Positions 9,487 through 20,145 of a DNA stretch of 64,000 nt are shown here, in pieces. The position numbers were made by a program, and so were the translations under genes. This stretch comes from an uncultured bacterium. Lineage in GTDB: Bacteria > Desulfobacterota_D > UBA1144 > Nemesobacterales > UBA2774. A model generated the notes under the pieces. It was not told where the DNA came from, did no database searches, and saw only the letters and a program-made list of their open reading frames with translations. The stretch lies in the NCBI GenBank assembly GCA_963825135.1, contig CAWGRW010000009.1:1376001-1440000 (forward strand). The letters run 5' to 3'. Within the stretch, counting starts at the first letter, position 1; every line of letters starts with the position of its first letter.

Positions 9487-10617
9487 TCACTTCTTTTGGC
9501 GATTTGATTCAGCTATATATCCTTCGACCATGAACTCGTCCCCGAATTTTCTTATCCTCACCCTCTCTATAACTATCGAGTCTTCGATGCGGGAGAACCC
9601 GAGCCCGCCCACCATGCTTAAACCGTCGGCCCCTATCAGCCTGGGCGCGTAAAAAAATACGACCTTATCCACGATTCCGCTCCTGAGGGCCCCGGCCGCC
9701 GCAGCGCTCCCGCCCTCTATAAGTACGCTCGTAATCTCGTTCTTTCCGAGCTCCCTTGCGAGATCTCTCAGGTTGAGGAGCCCGTCCCTCTCGAATCCGA
9801 CCCCGATTATCCTGGCCCCTGCCGCTTCGAGCCTCTTTACCTTTGCCGGGTCCGGCTTTCTCCCGGTCGCTATTATGACGCTATCGTGGGCGGAGAATAT
9901 TTTCGATTTCACCGGGGTCCTGAGCCCCCTGTCGAGCACCACGGGCACGGGCTGCCTCCGGGCATTCTTGAGCAGCCTGACATCGAGTCTCGGGTCGTCC
10001 TTCAAAAGAGTCCCCGTCCCGACTAAAACGGCGTCGGCCAGGTTTCTCAGTCTATGGGCCAACTTTCTCTGCCTCTCGCTCCCTATCCATTTCGAGTCGC
10101 CCGTGCGGGTCGCAATCTTTCCGTCCATCGTGGCCGCGAGCTTGAGCGTGACAAACGGCAGGCCCGTCGTGATGTACTTGTTATAGGCCTCGTTTAATTC
10201 CCCGGCCCCGGCTTCGAGCACGCCCGTAGTCACGCGGATACCCGCGTCCTTGAGGGTTTTCACCCCTTTCCCGCTCACCTTCGGGTTCGGGTCGAGCGCA
10301 CCGACTATAACTTCCCTGATCCCCTTCCCGATTATCGCGTCCGCGCACGGCGGGGTCTTCTTCTCCTTATGACAGCACGGCTCGAGGGATACGTATAGAG
10401 TCGAGCCCCTGACGTCGTGCTTTTTCCTCTCCGCGTCCGTGAAAGCCTCGATCTCCGCGTGCGGGAGCCCGGCCATACTGTGATATCCCTTCCCTATGAC
10501 CTTGCCTTTTTTTACGAGGACCGCCCCCACGAGCGGGTTCGGGCTCGTCATGCCCTCCGCCCTTTTCGCGAGACGGATTGCGAGGGACATGTATTTTTCA
10601 TGCGTATCGTTTTTCAT
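9487..10617 (-). CDS. ribD: Riboflavin biosynthesis deaminase/reductase RibD
   Basis: PNPLVG, HAE, LEPCCH..TPPC, KLAATMDG, IEGG. Confidence 0.96.
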   Translation of the reverse strand: MKNDTHEKYMSLAIRLAKRAEGMTSPNPLVGAVLVKKGKVIGKGYHSMAGLPHAEIEAFTDAERKKHDVRGSTLYVSLEPCCHKEKKTPPCADAIIGKGIREVIVGALDPNPKVSGKGVKTLKDAGIRVTTGVLEAGAGELNEAYNKYITTGLPFVTLKLAATMDGKIATRTGDSKWIGSERQRKLAHRLRNLADAVLVGTGTLLKDDPRLDVRLLKNARRQPVPVVLDRGLRTPVKSKIFSAHDSVIIATGRKPDPAKVKRLEAAGARIIGVGFERDGLLNLRDLARELGKNEITSVLIEGGSAAAAGALRSGIVDKVVFFYAPRLIGADGLSMVGGLGFSRIEDSIVIERVRIRKFGDEFMVEGYIAESNRQKK

Positions 10618-10667
10618 GGCTTTATGGGATTACTGTTTTTATCCATAGAGGGAGCTCCGTCGGCTTA

Positions 10668-12038
10668 TCAATGCACGCTCCCGTCCCCCTGATAGAAAAG
10701 GGCCTCGACGAATTCCTCAGCGTCGAATTCCCGGAGGTCGCTCAGGCTCTCACCGATCCCGATGTACCTGACCGGGATATTGAGCTCGTCGGCAATGGCC
10801 ACTATGACGCCTCCTTTGGCAGTGCCGTCGAGCTTCGTAAGCACTATGCCCGTAATATCGAGGGCTTCGTTGAACATCTTCGCCTGCTGTACAGCGTTCT
10901 GACCGGTGGTCGCGTCGAGCACGAGTAGGGTCTCGTGTGGCGCATGCTCTAGCTCCCGGGATACGACTCTCTTCATCTTTTTTATCTCTTCCATGAGGTT
11001 TTCCTTCGTGTGGAGCCTTCCCGCGGTGTCTATTATAAGGACGTCCGTCCCGCGCGCCTCCGCCGCTTTTACGGCGTCGAACGCGACCGAAGAAGGGTCC
11101 GCCCCGCTCTGCCCCCTTATTAGATCGGACCCTACGCGCTTTGACCAGATTTCGAGCTGCTCCGTGGCCGCCGCCCTGAACGTATCCCCCGCCGCGACCA
11201 TCACGCTCAGGTTCTCCTTCTTGAGCCTGTTCGCGAGCTTTCCTATCGTGGTCGTCTTTCCGACCCCGTTTACCCCGGCGATCATTATAACAAAGGGTTT
11301 CGCGCCGATGCTGAGCGGCTTCCCCTGTGCAGTTTTCAGGATCCTCAGTATCTCCTCCTTAAGCGCATCCGTGATGGCGTTTGCGTCCCGGAGCGATTTT
11401 TTCTGAATGGCCGCCCCTATCCTTTCCCTGAGCTTCATCGTCGTCCCGACCCCTATATCCGCCATAATGAGCGTTTCCTCGAAATCGTCCCACACGCCTT
11501 CGTCTATCTCACGCTTCGAGAGGACCTCGCCGAGCCTGCCGAAGAGCCCCGTATGGGTTTTGGACAGGCCCTTCCTCAACCTCGCGAAAAGCCCTTCCTT
11601 TGTTTCCTCAGGCTCTTCTACCTCAGCCGCTGCCTCTTCCGCTAAGGCGGGCGCCTCGGCTTCGGGCTCAGCCTCAGGCTCGGCGGTTTCTACGACTTCG
11701 ATTTCTTCAATTGTCGATGTTTCGGGAGCAGCCTTTTCGGGCTCTCTCGCCTGCCTTGTCTCCAGGTGTTCTGCCGGGGTTTCAAGGACTCTGGGAATCG
11801 CATCTCCTGCGGGCGGGGCTTTAAATACGTCGAGTTCCGGCGCGGCCAAAACCTTTTCAGTCTCTTTATATGCCGGTTTCCCGGGTTCCGGCTTTACGGC
11901 TTCTTTTTTCGGTCTCTCTTCGAAGAGGAATGCGATTGCGAGCGACAAGAGCAGGAGTATCAAAAAGATTACGCCTACCGCCGCCAGGTCCGAATACGGG
12001 CTCGGTATTGTATTCAGAAGTGATAAGATATCTCCCAT
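10668..12038 (-). CDS. ftsY: SRP receptor FtsY with N-terminal TM segment and acidic linker
   Basis: GVNGVGKTTT, DTFRAAA, DTAGR, TKLDGTAKGG. AAGGAGG upstream. Confidence 0.96.
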   Translation of the reverse strand: MGDILSLLNTIPSPYSDLAAVGVIFLILLLLSLAIAFLFEERPKKEAVKPEPGKPAYKETEKVLAAPELDVFKAPPAGDAIPRVLETPAEHLETRQAREPEKAAPETSTIEEIEVVETAEPEAEPEAEAPALAEEAAAEVEEPEETKEGLFARLRKGLSKTHTGLFGRLGEVLSKREIDEGVWDDFEETLIMADIGVGTTMKLRERIGAAIQKKSLRDANAITDALKEEILRILKTAQGKPLSIGAKPFVIMIAGVNGVGKTTTIGKLANRLKKENLSVMVAAGDTFRAAATEQLEIWSKRVGSDLIRGQSGADPSSVAFDAVKAAEARGTDVLIIDTAGRLHTKENLMEEIKKMKRVVSRELEHAPHETLLVLDATTGQNAVQQAKMFNEALDITGIVLTKLDGTAKGGVIVAIADELNIPVRYIGIGESLSDLREFDAEEFVEALFYQGDGSVH

Positions 12039-12309
12039 TATATTTAAAGCCTCCTTGATAACGCCTTACTATAAGCAACCGGACATCGTTCGGAATAATA
12101 CGCCGTGATCAAAAGATATTTTTGCCGATTCTCTTTTTATGTTTTACGTTAATATACTTTTCAGGGAATTCTTTTCAATACACGGGCCTTTCCGCGTTCT
12201 TATTACGGGGCCGGAACGATGGATTTACTCCTCATGTAACCCGCATGAAACAAATGATGTTTTATAAACCCTTGAACTGCTCGAACCTTAATGGATATAC
12301 TAAAAACTG

Positions 12310-15300
12310 ATGTCTAAAGGTTTTGTCCATCTTCACCTCCACTCGCAATACTCACTGCTGGACGGCGCGATAAAGTTCGAAGACCTCTTCCCACTTGCCA
12401 AGGAATTCGGCATGGAAGCGGTCGCTCTCACCGACCACGGGAACCTCTTCGGCGCGTACGATTTTTATAAAAAGGCCAAGGAAGCGGGAATTAAGCCCAT
12501 TATAGGGTGCGAGCTTTACGTTACGGCCAAGATCAACCCCGATAACCCGTCCGAGGGCAAGACCCATCACCTGACTGTCTTGTCCATGAACTGGGCCGGT
12601 TATCAGAACCTTTCGAGACTAGTGACGAAGGCTTATTTCGACGGGTTTTACAGAAGGCCCAGGGTCGATCACGAGCTCCTCGGGACGCACAACGAAGGGC
12701 TTATCGTGTTAAGCGGATGCCTCAACAGCGAGCTCTCGAAGGCGATTTTCAGCAAGGACATGAAGGCTGCGCTCAACGTCGCCGCCATGTACAGGGAAAT
12801 ATTCGGCGACAGGTACTACCTTGAGGTCCAGGCAACGGGTCTGCCCGAGCAGAAGAGGGTCAATAAAAAAATCAGAGAGATAGGCGAAAAGCTGAACATA
12901 CCGATTGTGGCGACGAACGACTGCCATTTCCTGAGGCAAGAGGACTCGCGTCCCCATGACGCGCTCCTGTGCATACAGACGGGGTCGTCGCTCCAGGACG
13001 AGAACAGGTTCAAGTTTCAGGGAGACCAGTATTACCTCAAGTCCGAAGGCGAGATGATGAGGGACCTCGAGGGGTTCGAGGACGCGATCAAAAAGACTTC
13101 AGAGATCGCCGGGAGATGCAATTTCGAGTTCGAGAGGAACGGCTACAAGCTTCCCGTTTTCGAGCCCGAGGGAGGCAAAACGCTCGACGAATATCTGGCC
13201 GATCTCGCGAGGGAAAAGCTCGATGAAAGATTAACGGAAAACGCGATTCCCGACGAAAAGCGGGGACTGTACGAAGACAGACTCGAGACAGAGATCGAGA
13301 TTATTCAGAAGATGGGCTTCTCGGGATACTTTCTCGTCGTTGCGGACTTCATCAACTACGCAAAATCACACGGCATTCCGGTCGGCCCCGGCAGGGGCAG
13401 CGCCGCGGGGAGCCTGGCCGCTTACGCGCTCGGCATCACAGAGATAGACCCCATACCCTATAACCTCATCTTCGAGAGGTTTCTCAACCCCGAGCGTATC
13501 AGCATGCCTGACATAGACATAGACTTCTGCGCCGAGGGGAGGGACGAGGTAATCAGGTACGTAACCGAAAAATACGGCGCCGACAAAGTCGCCCAGATAG
13601 GCACGTTCGGGACCATGTCGGCAAAGGCCGTGGTCAAGGACGTGGGCAGGGTGCTCGGTATACCATACGCGGATGTCGACCGGGTGACGAAATTAATCCC
13701 GTCCTTCAGGGGCAAGGTCTTCAGCATAGACAAGGCTATGGAGAGCGTGTCCGAATTAAGAAAGCTCATCGAGGACTCCCCGCAGCTAAAGGAGATGATA
13801 GAGCTCGCGAAGCCCCTCGAGGACATGGTCAGGCACTCCTCGACCCACGCTGCGGGGATCGTAATCGCGAACGAGCCCCTCGCCGATCACATACCGCTCT
13901 GTAAAGGCTCGAAGAACGAGGTCGTAACCCAGTTCGATATGAATTCCATTGAAGAGCTCGGGTTCGTGAAGTTCGATTTCCTCGGTCTTAAGACCCTCAC
14001 GGTCATAAGCAAGGCCCTCGATCTGATAAAAGAGAACTACGGGAACGGAGACGAAGTCAGGCTCAACATCAACAAGATACCGCTTGACGACAAGGCGGTC
14101 TACGCCCTTCTATCTACCGGGAGGACCCGCGGGATCTTCCAGATTGAGTCCTCGGGCATGAAAGAGCTCATGATTAATCTCCAGCCCACGGCGTTCGAAG
14201 ACATAATCGCCGTGCTCGCCCTCTACAGGCCGGGACCGCTCGACAGCGGCATGGTCGACGAGTACATAGAGCGCAAGCACGGGAAGAGAAAGACCCAGTA
14301 CCCGCTGCCCGAGCTTGAGGACATCCTGCGCGACACGTACGGGCTCTTCGTTTACCAGGAGCAGATAATGAGCACCGCCAGCGTCGTGGCGGAGTACAGC
14401 CTCGGCGAAGCGGACCTCCTCAGGCGCGCCATGGGGAAGAAAAAGCCCGAAGAGATGAAGGCCCAGAGGGAAAGGTTCCTCGAGGGCGCGAAGAGAAAAG
14501 GGATAAAGGACAAAAAGGCCAAAGAGATATTCGACGCGATGGAGAAGTTCGCCGAATACTCCTTTAACAAGAGCCACAGCGCGGCCTATGCGCTCATCAC
14601 ATACCAGACCGCGTATCTTAAGACCCATTACCCGGCCGAATTCATGGCAGCGCTCATGTCCGTGGAATCGAGCAATACGGATAAAGTCATATCGAGCATC
14701 ACCGAATGCAAGCAGATGGGCATACCGGTGCTCGCGCCCGATGTGAACGTGAGTCTGGCGGGCTTCACCGCTTACAACGGCAGCATCCGGTTCGGCCTTG
14801 CGGCTATAAAGAACGTGGGCGAGGGGACCGTAGAGGCGATAATTAAAACCAGACGGGAGAAAGGGAACTTCTTATCGATATACGATTTTTGCGAGCGCGT
14901 CGAGGCCAGAAAACTCAACAGAAGGACGTTCGAGAGCCTCATAAAGAGCGGCGCTTTCGACTCTTTCTCTGTGGGCAGGGCGAAGCTCATAGATTCCCTC
15001 GACACCCTTCTCAACTACACGTCCTTAAAACAGAAGAGCTCTGTCGAGGGGCAGCACTCCCTCTTTGCTTTAAACGATTCGATTTCCCTCCCCAGGCTTT
15101 CCGAAGCCGAGGAATGGGGCGAAAAAGAGATGCTGAGGTTCGAGATGGAGGTCCTGGGATTCTACGTTACGAGCCATCCGATGTCGAAATACGCGTCTGA
15201 AATATCGAGGTCGACGGAAAACACCGATACGGAGGCCCTGGCCGAGCTCAAGGAAAGGCGCGACGTCTCGGTCGTGGGGGTCGTGCGCTCGCTCACGGTC

Positions 15301-15750
15301 AAACACACCAAAAACGGCTCCGGCATATTCGGCAACATGGTGCTTGAGGATTTAAAGGGCTCGATCGAGGTCGTGATCTTCAATGACCTTCTCAGGAAAT
15401 CGCTCACGCTGCTCGAGGATAAGGTAGATCCCGTGGTCGTTAAGGGGGTGCTTGAGCCCGGAGAGGACAGGGTCAAGATGAGGGCTACGGAGATTCTGCC
15501 CTTAAAGGCGCTGCGGAACGGCTCCACGGTGCACATCAGTCTCGCCGGGGAAAAGTCCGGAAGGGATAACTTCATTCATCTGAGAGAGATATTTTCCAGC
15601 TACCCGGGTGACTCGCTCGTACACATACACATAGCGACCGATGACGGCGAGGCGGTGATAGAGGTCGGCGACGCCAGGGTGGATGTGCGGGACGACTTTA
15701 TTCACGACGTCGAGCGGCTCTTGGGAGGGAATTGCCTGAGGCTTCTCTGA
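12310..15750 (+). CDS. dnaE: DNA polymerase III alpha subunit
   Basis: PHP domain HLHLHSQYSLLDG, GPGRGSAAGS, FERFLNPER.SMPDIDIDF, YSFNKSH. Confidence 0.98.
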   Translation: MSKGFVHLHLHSQYSLLDGAIKFEDLFPLAKEFGMEAVALTDHGNLFGAYDFYKKAKEAGIKPIIGCELYVTAKINPDNPSEGKTHHLTVLSMNWAGYQNLSRLVTKAYFDGFYRRPRVDHELLGTHNEGLIVLSGCLNSELSKAIFSKDMKAALNVAAMYREIFGDRYYLEVQATGLPEQKRVNKKIREIGEKLNIPIVATNDCHFLRQEDSRPHDALLCIQTGSSLQDENRFKFQGDQYYLKSEGEMMRDLEGFEDAIKKTSEIAGRCNFEFERNGYKLPVFEPEGGKTLDEYLADLAREKLDERLTENAIPDEKRGLYEDRLETEIEIIQKMGFSGYFLVVADFINYAKSHGIPVGPGRGSAAGSLAAYALGITEIDPIPYNLIFERFLNPERISMPDIDIDFCAEGRDEVIRYVTEKYGADKVAQIGTFGTMSAKAVVKDVGRVLGIPYADVDRVTKLIPSFRGKVFSIDKAMESVSELRKLIEDSPQLKEMIELAKPLEDMVRHSSTHAAGIVIANEPLADHIPLCKGSKNEVVTQFDMNSIEELGFVKFDFLGLKTLTVISKALDLIKENYGNGDEVRLNINKIPLDDKAVYALLSTGRTRGIFQIESSGMKELMINLQPTAFEDIIAVLALYRPGPLDSGMVDEYIERKHGKRKTQYPLPELEDILRDTYGLFVYQEQIMSTASVVAEYSLGEADLLRRAMGKKKPEEMKAQRERFLEGAKRKGIKDKKAKEIFDAMEKFAEYSFNKSHSAAYALITYQTAYLKTHYPAEFMAALMSVESSNTDKVISSITECKQMGIPVLAPDVNVSLAGFTAYNGSIRFGLAAIKNVGEGTVEAIIKTRREKGNFLSIYDFCERVEARKLNRRTFESLIKSGAFDSFSVGRAKLIDSLDTLLNYTSLKQKSSVEGQHSLFALNDSISLPRLSEAEEWGEKEMLRFEMEVLGFYVTSHPMSKYASEISRSTENTDTEALAELKERRDVSVVGVVRSLTVKHTKNGSGIFGNMVLEDLKGSIEVVIFNDLLRKSLTLLEDKVDPVVVKGVLEPGEDRVKMRATEILPLKALRNGSTVHISLAGEKSGRDNFIHLREIFSSYPGDSLVHIHIATDDGEAVIEVGDARVDVRDDFIHDVERLLGGNCLRLL

Positions 15751-15753
15751 CGC

Positions 15754-16056
15754 TCAGTCTCCCTGCGTGCTTTCGATTGTCCCTTTAAGGCCATCGGGGT
15801 CGCTCGTAACCACGAAGACCTCCTGTACGGACGTCCCGCTCCTCGCTATCAGCTTTGCCCCGCTCACCGTGCTGTATTTGTAGCGGACGACGAGGTTTTC
15901 TCCGGGTTTTTTCCCGACCTTGATCTCTCCCGGTATTATCGAATCTACGTGAGCAAGCGGCGAAATATGCGTTTCGAGAAAGCTCCCGAGCCCCTTTATA
16001 ATGCTGTGCTGGCGCTTTATTTTATTCTTCCTGTGCTTCATTGAACCTTTAGGCAT
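15754..16056 (-). CDS. Small basic protein, DUF2103-like
   Basis: Pattern HS.I.GL / IIPG.I / G.KLIARSGTSVQEVFVVT recalled for DUF2103. Confidence 0.65.
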   Translation of the reverse strand: MPKGSMKHRKNKIKRQHSIIKGLGSFLETHISPLAHVDSIIPGEIKVGKKPGENLVVRYKYSTVSGAKLIARSGTSVQEVFVVTSDPDGLKGTIESTQGD

Positions 16057-16151
16057 GGCGGCGTCTCATCGGCAAGTCGTGCCTGAATATACTATGTTCG
16101 ACTTACCGTTTCTTTGTCCCTATAATACACGTAATTCCGGTATAACTCTTT

Positions 16152-17624
16152 ATGATGCGAAAATTAAACGAGCTCGAGTTCGATAACACGTACAGAAGGC
16201 TGCCCGGGGATTTTTACGACCTCGTGCGCCCGACCCCTTTCGGGAACCCTCACCTCGTCGCTTTTAACCCGGACGCAGCAGGGCTCATAGGGCTTGACCC
16301 GGACGAGGCCCATAACCCCGATCTCGTAGAGTACTTTTCCGGCAGGAGGCTCCTTCCCGGCTCCGAACCCGTCGCGATGTATTACACTGGGCATCAGTTC
16401 GGTGTTTACAACCCGCATATAGGGGACGGGCGGGCTATTCTCCTGGGCGAGGTCAGGAACGGGCTGGGGCGGAAATACGACCTCCATCTCAAAGGAGCGG
16501 GGCGCACGAAATACGCGCGCACCTTCGACGGCAGGGCCGTGCTGAGATCGGCCGTCAGGGAGTACCTCTCAAGCGAGGCGATGCACGGGCTCGGGATTCC
16601 GACGACACGCGCCCTCTCGATTATCGGGAGCGACGAGATAGTCGAGCGCGAAACCCCGGAGAGAGGGGCGATGATGGTCAGGCTCGCCGAAACCCACGTG
16701 CGCTTCGGGTCGTTCGAGGCTTTCCACTACACGGACAGGCCCGATTACGTGAAGCTCATCTCCGACTACGTGATAGAAAACCATATGCCTCACCTCACGG
16801 AGGCCGACGATAAATACGGAGCGTTTCTCGAAGAGGTCGCGGCAAGGACCGCGAAGCTCATCGCCCTCTGGCAGGCCTCAGGATTTACGCACGGCGTAAT
16901 GAATACGGATAATATGTCCATAATCGGGCTCACGATAGATTACGGCCCTTACGGATTCATCGAAGAGTACGATCCCGAATACATTCCGAACCACTCTGAC
17001 CATTTCGGCAGATATTCATATGTCAACCAGCCCCCCATAGCGCTCTGGAACCTCCGGAAGCTCGCCTTCTCCCTCGGCAGCCTCGTGTCCTCCGAAAGCT
17101 CGGAGGAGATTGTCTCCGGGTGGAGGGATGCATACGCAAAATTCTATACGGACATCATGAGGAGGAAGCTCGGTTTGATGGAGAACCTCCCGGGCGACGG
17201 TGCGCTCATACGCGACCTCCTCGAACTCATGAGTGAAAGCAGGGTGGATTACACGACTTTCTTCAGGCGTCTCGGTAATTTTTCGACCGCAGGGCAGGGC
17301 GGGAATAACGACGCTTCTCCATTATTCGCTGAAGTGTCGAAATTCGGCGAGTGGTCGGATCGGTACGGGAAGCGTTTGAGGACGGAAAATAGCGCGGACC
17401 CGGCCAGAAAAGCCGGAATGGATTCCGTCAATCCGAAATACATACTCCGTAACTACATAGCAGAGGGAGCCGTCAGGAAAGCTGTCGATGAGGACGACTA
17501 TTCCGAGATAGAGCGCGTTCGCACGCTTCTTAAAAATCCCTTCTTGGAGCAGCCGAGATCGGAGCACTACGCGGCGCCCGCTCCCCCATGGGCGCGGAAC
17601 CTCGTCATAAGCTGCTCGTCCTAG
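16152..17624 (+). CDS. selO: Protein adenylyltransferase SelO/YdiU
   Basis: GHQFG, GDGRA, LKGAG.T, DGRAVLRS.VRE, HGVMNTDN, C-terminal SCSS. Confidence 0.95.
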   Translation: MMRKLNELEFDNTYRRLPGDFYDLVRPTPFGNPHLVAFNPDAAGLIGLDPDEAHNPDLVEYFSGRRLLPGSEPVAMYYTGHQFGVYNPHIGDGRAILLGEVRNGLGRKYDLHLKGAGRTKYARTFDGRAVLRSAVREYLSSEAMHGLGIPTTRALSIIGSDEIVERETPERGAMMVRLAETHVRFGSFEAFHYTDRPDYVKLISDYVIENHMPHLTEADDKYGAFLEEVAARTAKLIALWQASGFTHGVMNTDNMSIIGLTIDYGPYGFIEEYDPEYIPNHSDHFGRYSYVNQPPIALWNLRKLAFSLGSLVSSESSEEIVSGWRDAYAKFYTDIMRRKLGLMENLPGDGALIRDLLELMSESRVDYTTFFRRLGNFSTAGQGGNNDASPLFAEVSKFGEWSDRYGKRLRTENSADPARKAGMDSVNPKYILRNYIAEGAVRKAVDEDDYSEIERVRTLLKNPFLEQPRSEHYAAPAPPWARNLVISCSS

Positions 17625-17661
17625 TTTCCGGGACCGGCCCCGCTGCGGTATTCCCCGCGCG

Positions 17662-19848
17662 TCACCCTTCGAGATAGCTCGCGATAATTTTTTTTATACC
17701 GTACCCCGGAAAGGATACCGTAACCTTGGCTTCGTCCCCTGTCCCCTCTATACCCTTTATGGTCCCGTGCCCGAACGACGGGTGCTCTATCCTCTGCCCC
17801 ACCCTGTACCTGCTTCCGTTCCCGGCGCGCCTGCTCTGTCCGGGTTGTTCCGCACGGTCTCTTTTTTCCGCCGGATAATTGCGCTCTCTCTGCGCGGGCT
17901 CGTAATCCCTCGCCGCCGGCTCCCCGTATGAAACGCCGAAATAGTTCTTCCATTCGATGAGCTCTTTCGGTATATCCGTTATAAATCTCGACGGCGCCGA
18001 CCTCTCCTCTTTGCCGAACACCCTCCTTTTCACGGCGCTCGTGAGGTGTATCTTCTCCTTCGCCCTCGTCAGGCCCACGTAAAAGAGCCTCCTCTCTTCC
18101 TCGATATGCCCCTCTTTCGCGGAATTGAAATGCGGAATCAGGTTCTCTTCGAGCCCTATGATAAACGTCATCGGGAACTCGAGCCCCTTCGCCGAGTGGA
18201 GCGTCATGAGCGCGACCCTGTCGTCCTTTTCGTTGTAGCTGTCGACGTCGCTTGAGAGCGAGACCGAATCGAGAAAATCGGCGAGCGTGGCCCTCTCCGC
18301 CTCTTTCTCGAACTCAGCCGCGAGGTTCAGTATCTCTCCCACGTTTTCCCTCTTCTCCTCCTCCCTCTCCAGTATGTCGAGGTATCTGGTCTCCTGGAGC
18401 ACGAGGTCGAGGAGCTTCCCTATTTCGTACTTTTCGGCGTACCCGATCAGCCTGTCCGTCAGGTCGAGGAATTTCCCGAGGCTGAGCGCCGCCCTCGGGG
18501 GCAGGATATTCTCGTTCACCGCCAGGCGCATCGCGCCCAGGAGCGAGACGCCCCGGTCCTTCGAAAGCTCCTCCATCCTGTCTATCGTCCCCCTTCCGAT
18601 CCCTCGCGGAGGCACGTTCGCGATGCGGCGGAGGCTGAGATCGTCGAGTGGGTTAGCGATTACCCTCAGGTATGCGAGGATGTCTTTTATCTCCGCCCGC
18701 TGGTAAAACCCCGTCCCGCCAACAATCGCGTAGGGGATGCCTTTTCTGACGAGCTCCTCCTCCATTACCCTCGACTGGTTGTTGGTCCTGTAGAATACGG
18801 CCGCGTCTTTGTATGAGCATGAGCGCGACAACATCCCGGACTCGATCTGCGACACCACGTACCTCGCCTCGTCCCTTTCGTCGTGAGCGACATAGTAGCT
18901 GAGCTTCTCCCCCTCCGGGTTCTCTGTCCAGAGGTTCTTGTCGTGCCTGTTCGAGTTCTTCAGGATGAGACCGTTTGCGGCGCCGAGTATGTTCCCGGTC
19001 GACCTGTAGTTCTTCTCCATCTTGACGATCCTGGCGTCCGGGTAATCCCTTTCGAAATTGAGTATGTTCGCGATGTCCGCTCCCCGCCAGCCGTAGATCG
19101 ACTGGTTGTCGTCCCCGACCACGAATATGTTCCTGTGCTTCCTCGAAAGGAGCTCGACGATCCTGTACTGCATATGGTTCGTATCCTGGTATTCGTCGAC
19201 GAGTATGTGGCGGAACGCCTCCTGGTAATGGCGCAGGACGTCCGTCCGTTCCTTGAAGAGCCCGACGGTGACGTAGAGCAGGTCACCGAAATCGAGCGCG
19301 TTTAACCTCCTGAGCTCCTGCTCGTAGAGCTCGTAGATCTTGGCGACCTTTTCGTCGTAAATGTCCCCGCGGATCTCCCCGGGATTGAGTCCCTTGTTCT
19401 TCGCGCCGTCTATCTTGCCCCTTACGGACCTGGGCTCGATCTCCTTCTCCCCGATGTTGAGCCGCTCCATGCACTGCTTGATGAGCTTTATCTGGTCCCC
19501 GTCGTCGTAGATGACGAAGTCCTGCCTGAACCCCTTCATGTGGTGTATTTCACGCTTGAGCACTCTAAGGCATATGGAATGGAACGTGCCCAGCCAGAGG
19601 CTCCTCGTGGCGGGGCCTATAAGCCGGTTGAGCCTCTCTTTCATCTCGTTTGCGGCTTTGTTCGTGAAAGTGACCGCCAGTATATTGGCGGGGTGTTCGC
19701 CCTTCTCCTTTATAAGGTGAGCGATCCTCTCCGTGATGATCCTCGTTTTCCCGGACCCCGCCCCTGCCAGAACGAGGAGCGGTCCTCCGGGGTGCCTTAC
19801 GGCTTCAGCCTGGGACGGATTTAGGTTGTCGGTATTGCCTGATGTCAT
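17662..19848 (-). CDS. pcrA: UvrD/PcrA family DNA helicase
   Basis: AGAGSGKT, VDEYQD, GDDNQSIYGWRGA, MTLHSAKGLEF, EEERRLFYV, C-terminal HPSFGHG domain. Confidence 0.93.
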   Translation of the reverse strand: MTSGNTDNLNPSQAEAVRHPGGPLLVLAGAGSGKTRIITERIAHLIKEKGEHPANILAVTFTNKAANEMKERLNRLIGPATRSLWLGTFHSICLRVLKREIHHMKGFRQDFVIYDDGDQIKLIKQCMERLNIGEKEIEPRSVRGKIDGAKNKGLNPGEIRGDIYDEKVAKIYELYEQELRRLNALDFGDLLYVTVGLFKERTDVLRHYQEAFRHILVDEYQDTNHMQYRIVELLSRKHRNIFVVGDDNQSIYGWRGADIANILNFERDYPDARIVKMEKNYRSTGNILGAANGLILKNSNRHDKNLWTENPEGEKLSYYVAHDERDEARYVVSQIESGMLSRSCSYKDAAVFYRTNNQSRVMEEELVRKGIPYAIVGGTGFYQRAEIKDILAYLRVIANPLDDLSLRRIANVPPRGIGRGTIDRMEELSKDRGVSLLGAMRLAVNENILPPRAALSLGKFLDLTDRLIGYAEKYEIGKLLDLVLQETRYLDILEREEEKRENVGEILNLAAEFEKEAERATLADFLDSVSLSSDVDSYNEKDDRVALMTLHSAKGLEFPMTFIIGLEENLIPHFNSAKEGHIEEERRLFYVGLTRAKEKIHLTSAVKRRVFGKEERSAPSRFITDIPKELIEWKNYFGVSYGEPAARDYEPAQRERNYPAEKRDRAEQPGQSRRAGNGSRYRVGQRIEHPSFGHGTIKGIEGTGDEAKVTVSFPGYGIKKIIASYLEG

Positions 19849-19894
19849 ATGAGTTCACGAATGAAATTAAGGCAGGGAACAGCTCCGCTGTCAC

Positions 19895-19968
19895 TGGCTG
19901 GGGCGGGTGGACTCGAACCACCACAGCAGGCTCCAAAGGCCTGAGTCCTACCGTTAGACGACGCCCCA
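19895..19968 (-). tRNA. tRNA-Gln(UUG)
   Basis: Reverse complement folds as a cloverleaf. Anticodon arm CAGGC-CTTTGGA-GCCTG, GGTTCGAGTCC T-arm, encoded CCA. Confidence 0.95.
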
Positions 19969-20145
19969 ACTGCTACCCGTAATGTTACCAAGACTTGGCT
20001 GTTATATCAATTAAATAGACCCTGTCCGAGCCTCCCGGGCGGCACGCGTTCGTGATTATTGCGATTGAGACTGCAAATACTGTTTTTAACCGGGAGCGTC
20101 GTCGAGAATAATGAGTGGACTTGATAGCCGGCATCCCCTAGAATA

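Noticed and set aside
17601..17624. Selenocysteine in the SelO C-terminus
   Set aside because: It reads TGC TCG TCC TAG (CSS*); there is no in-frame TGA.
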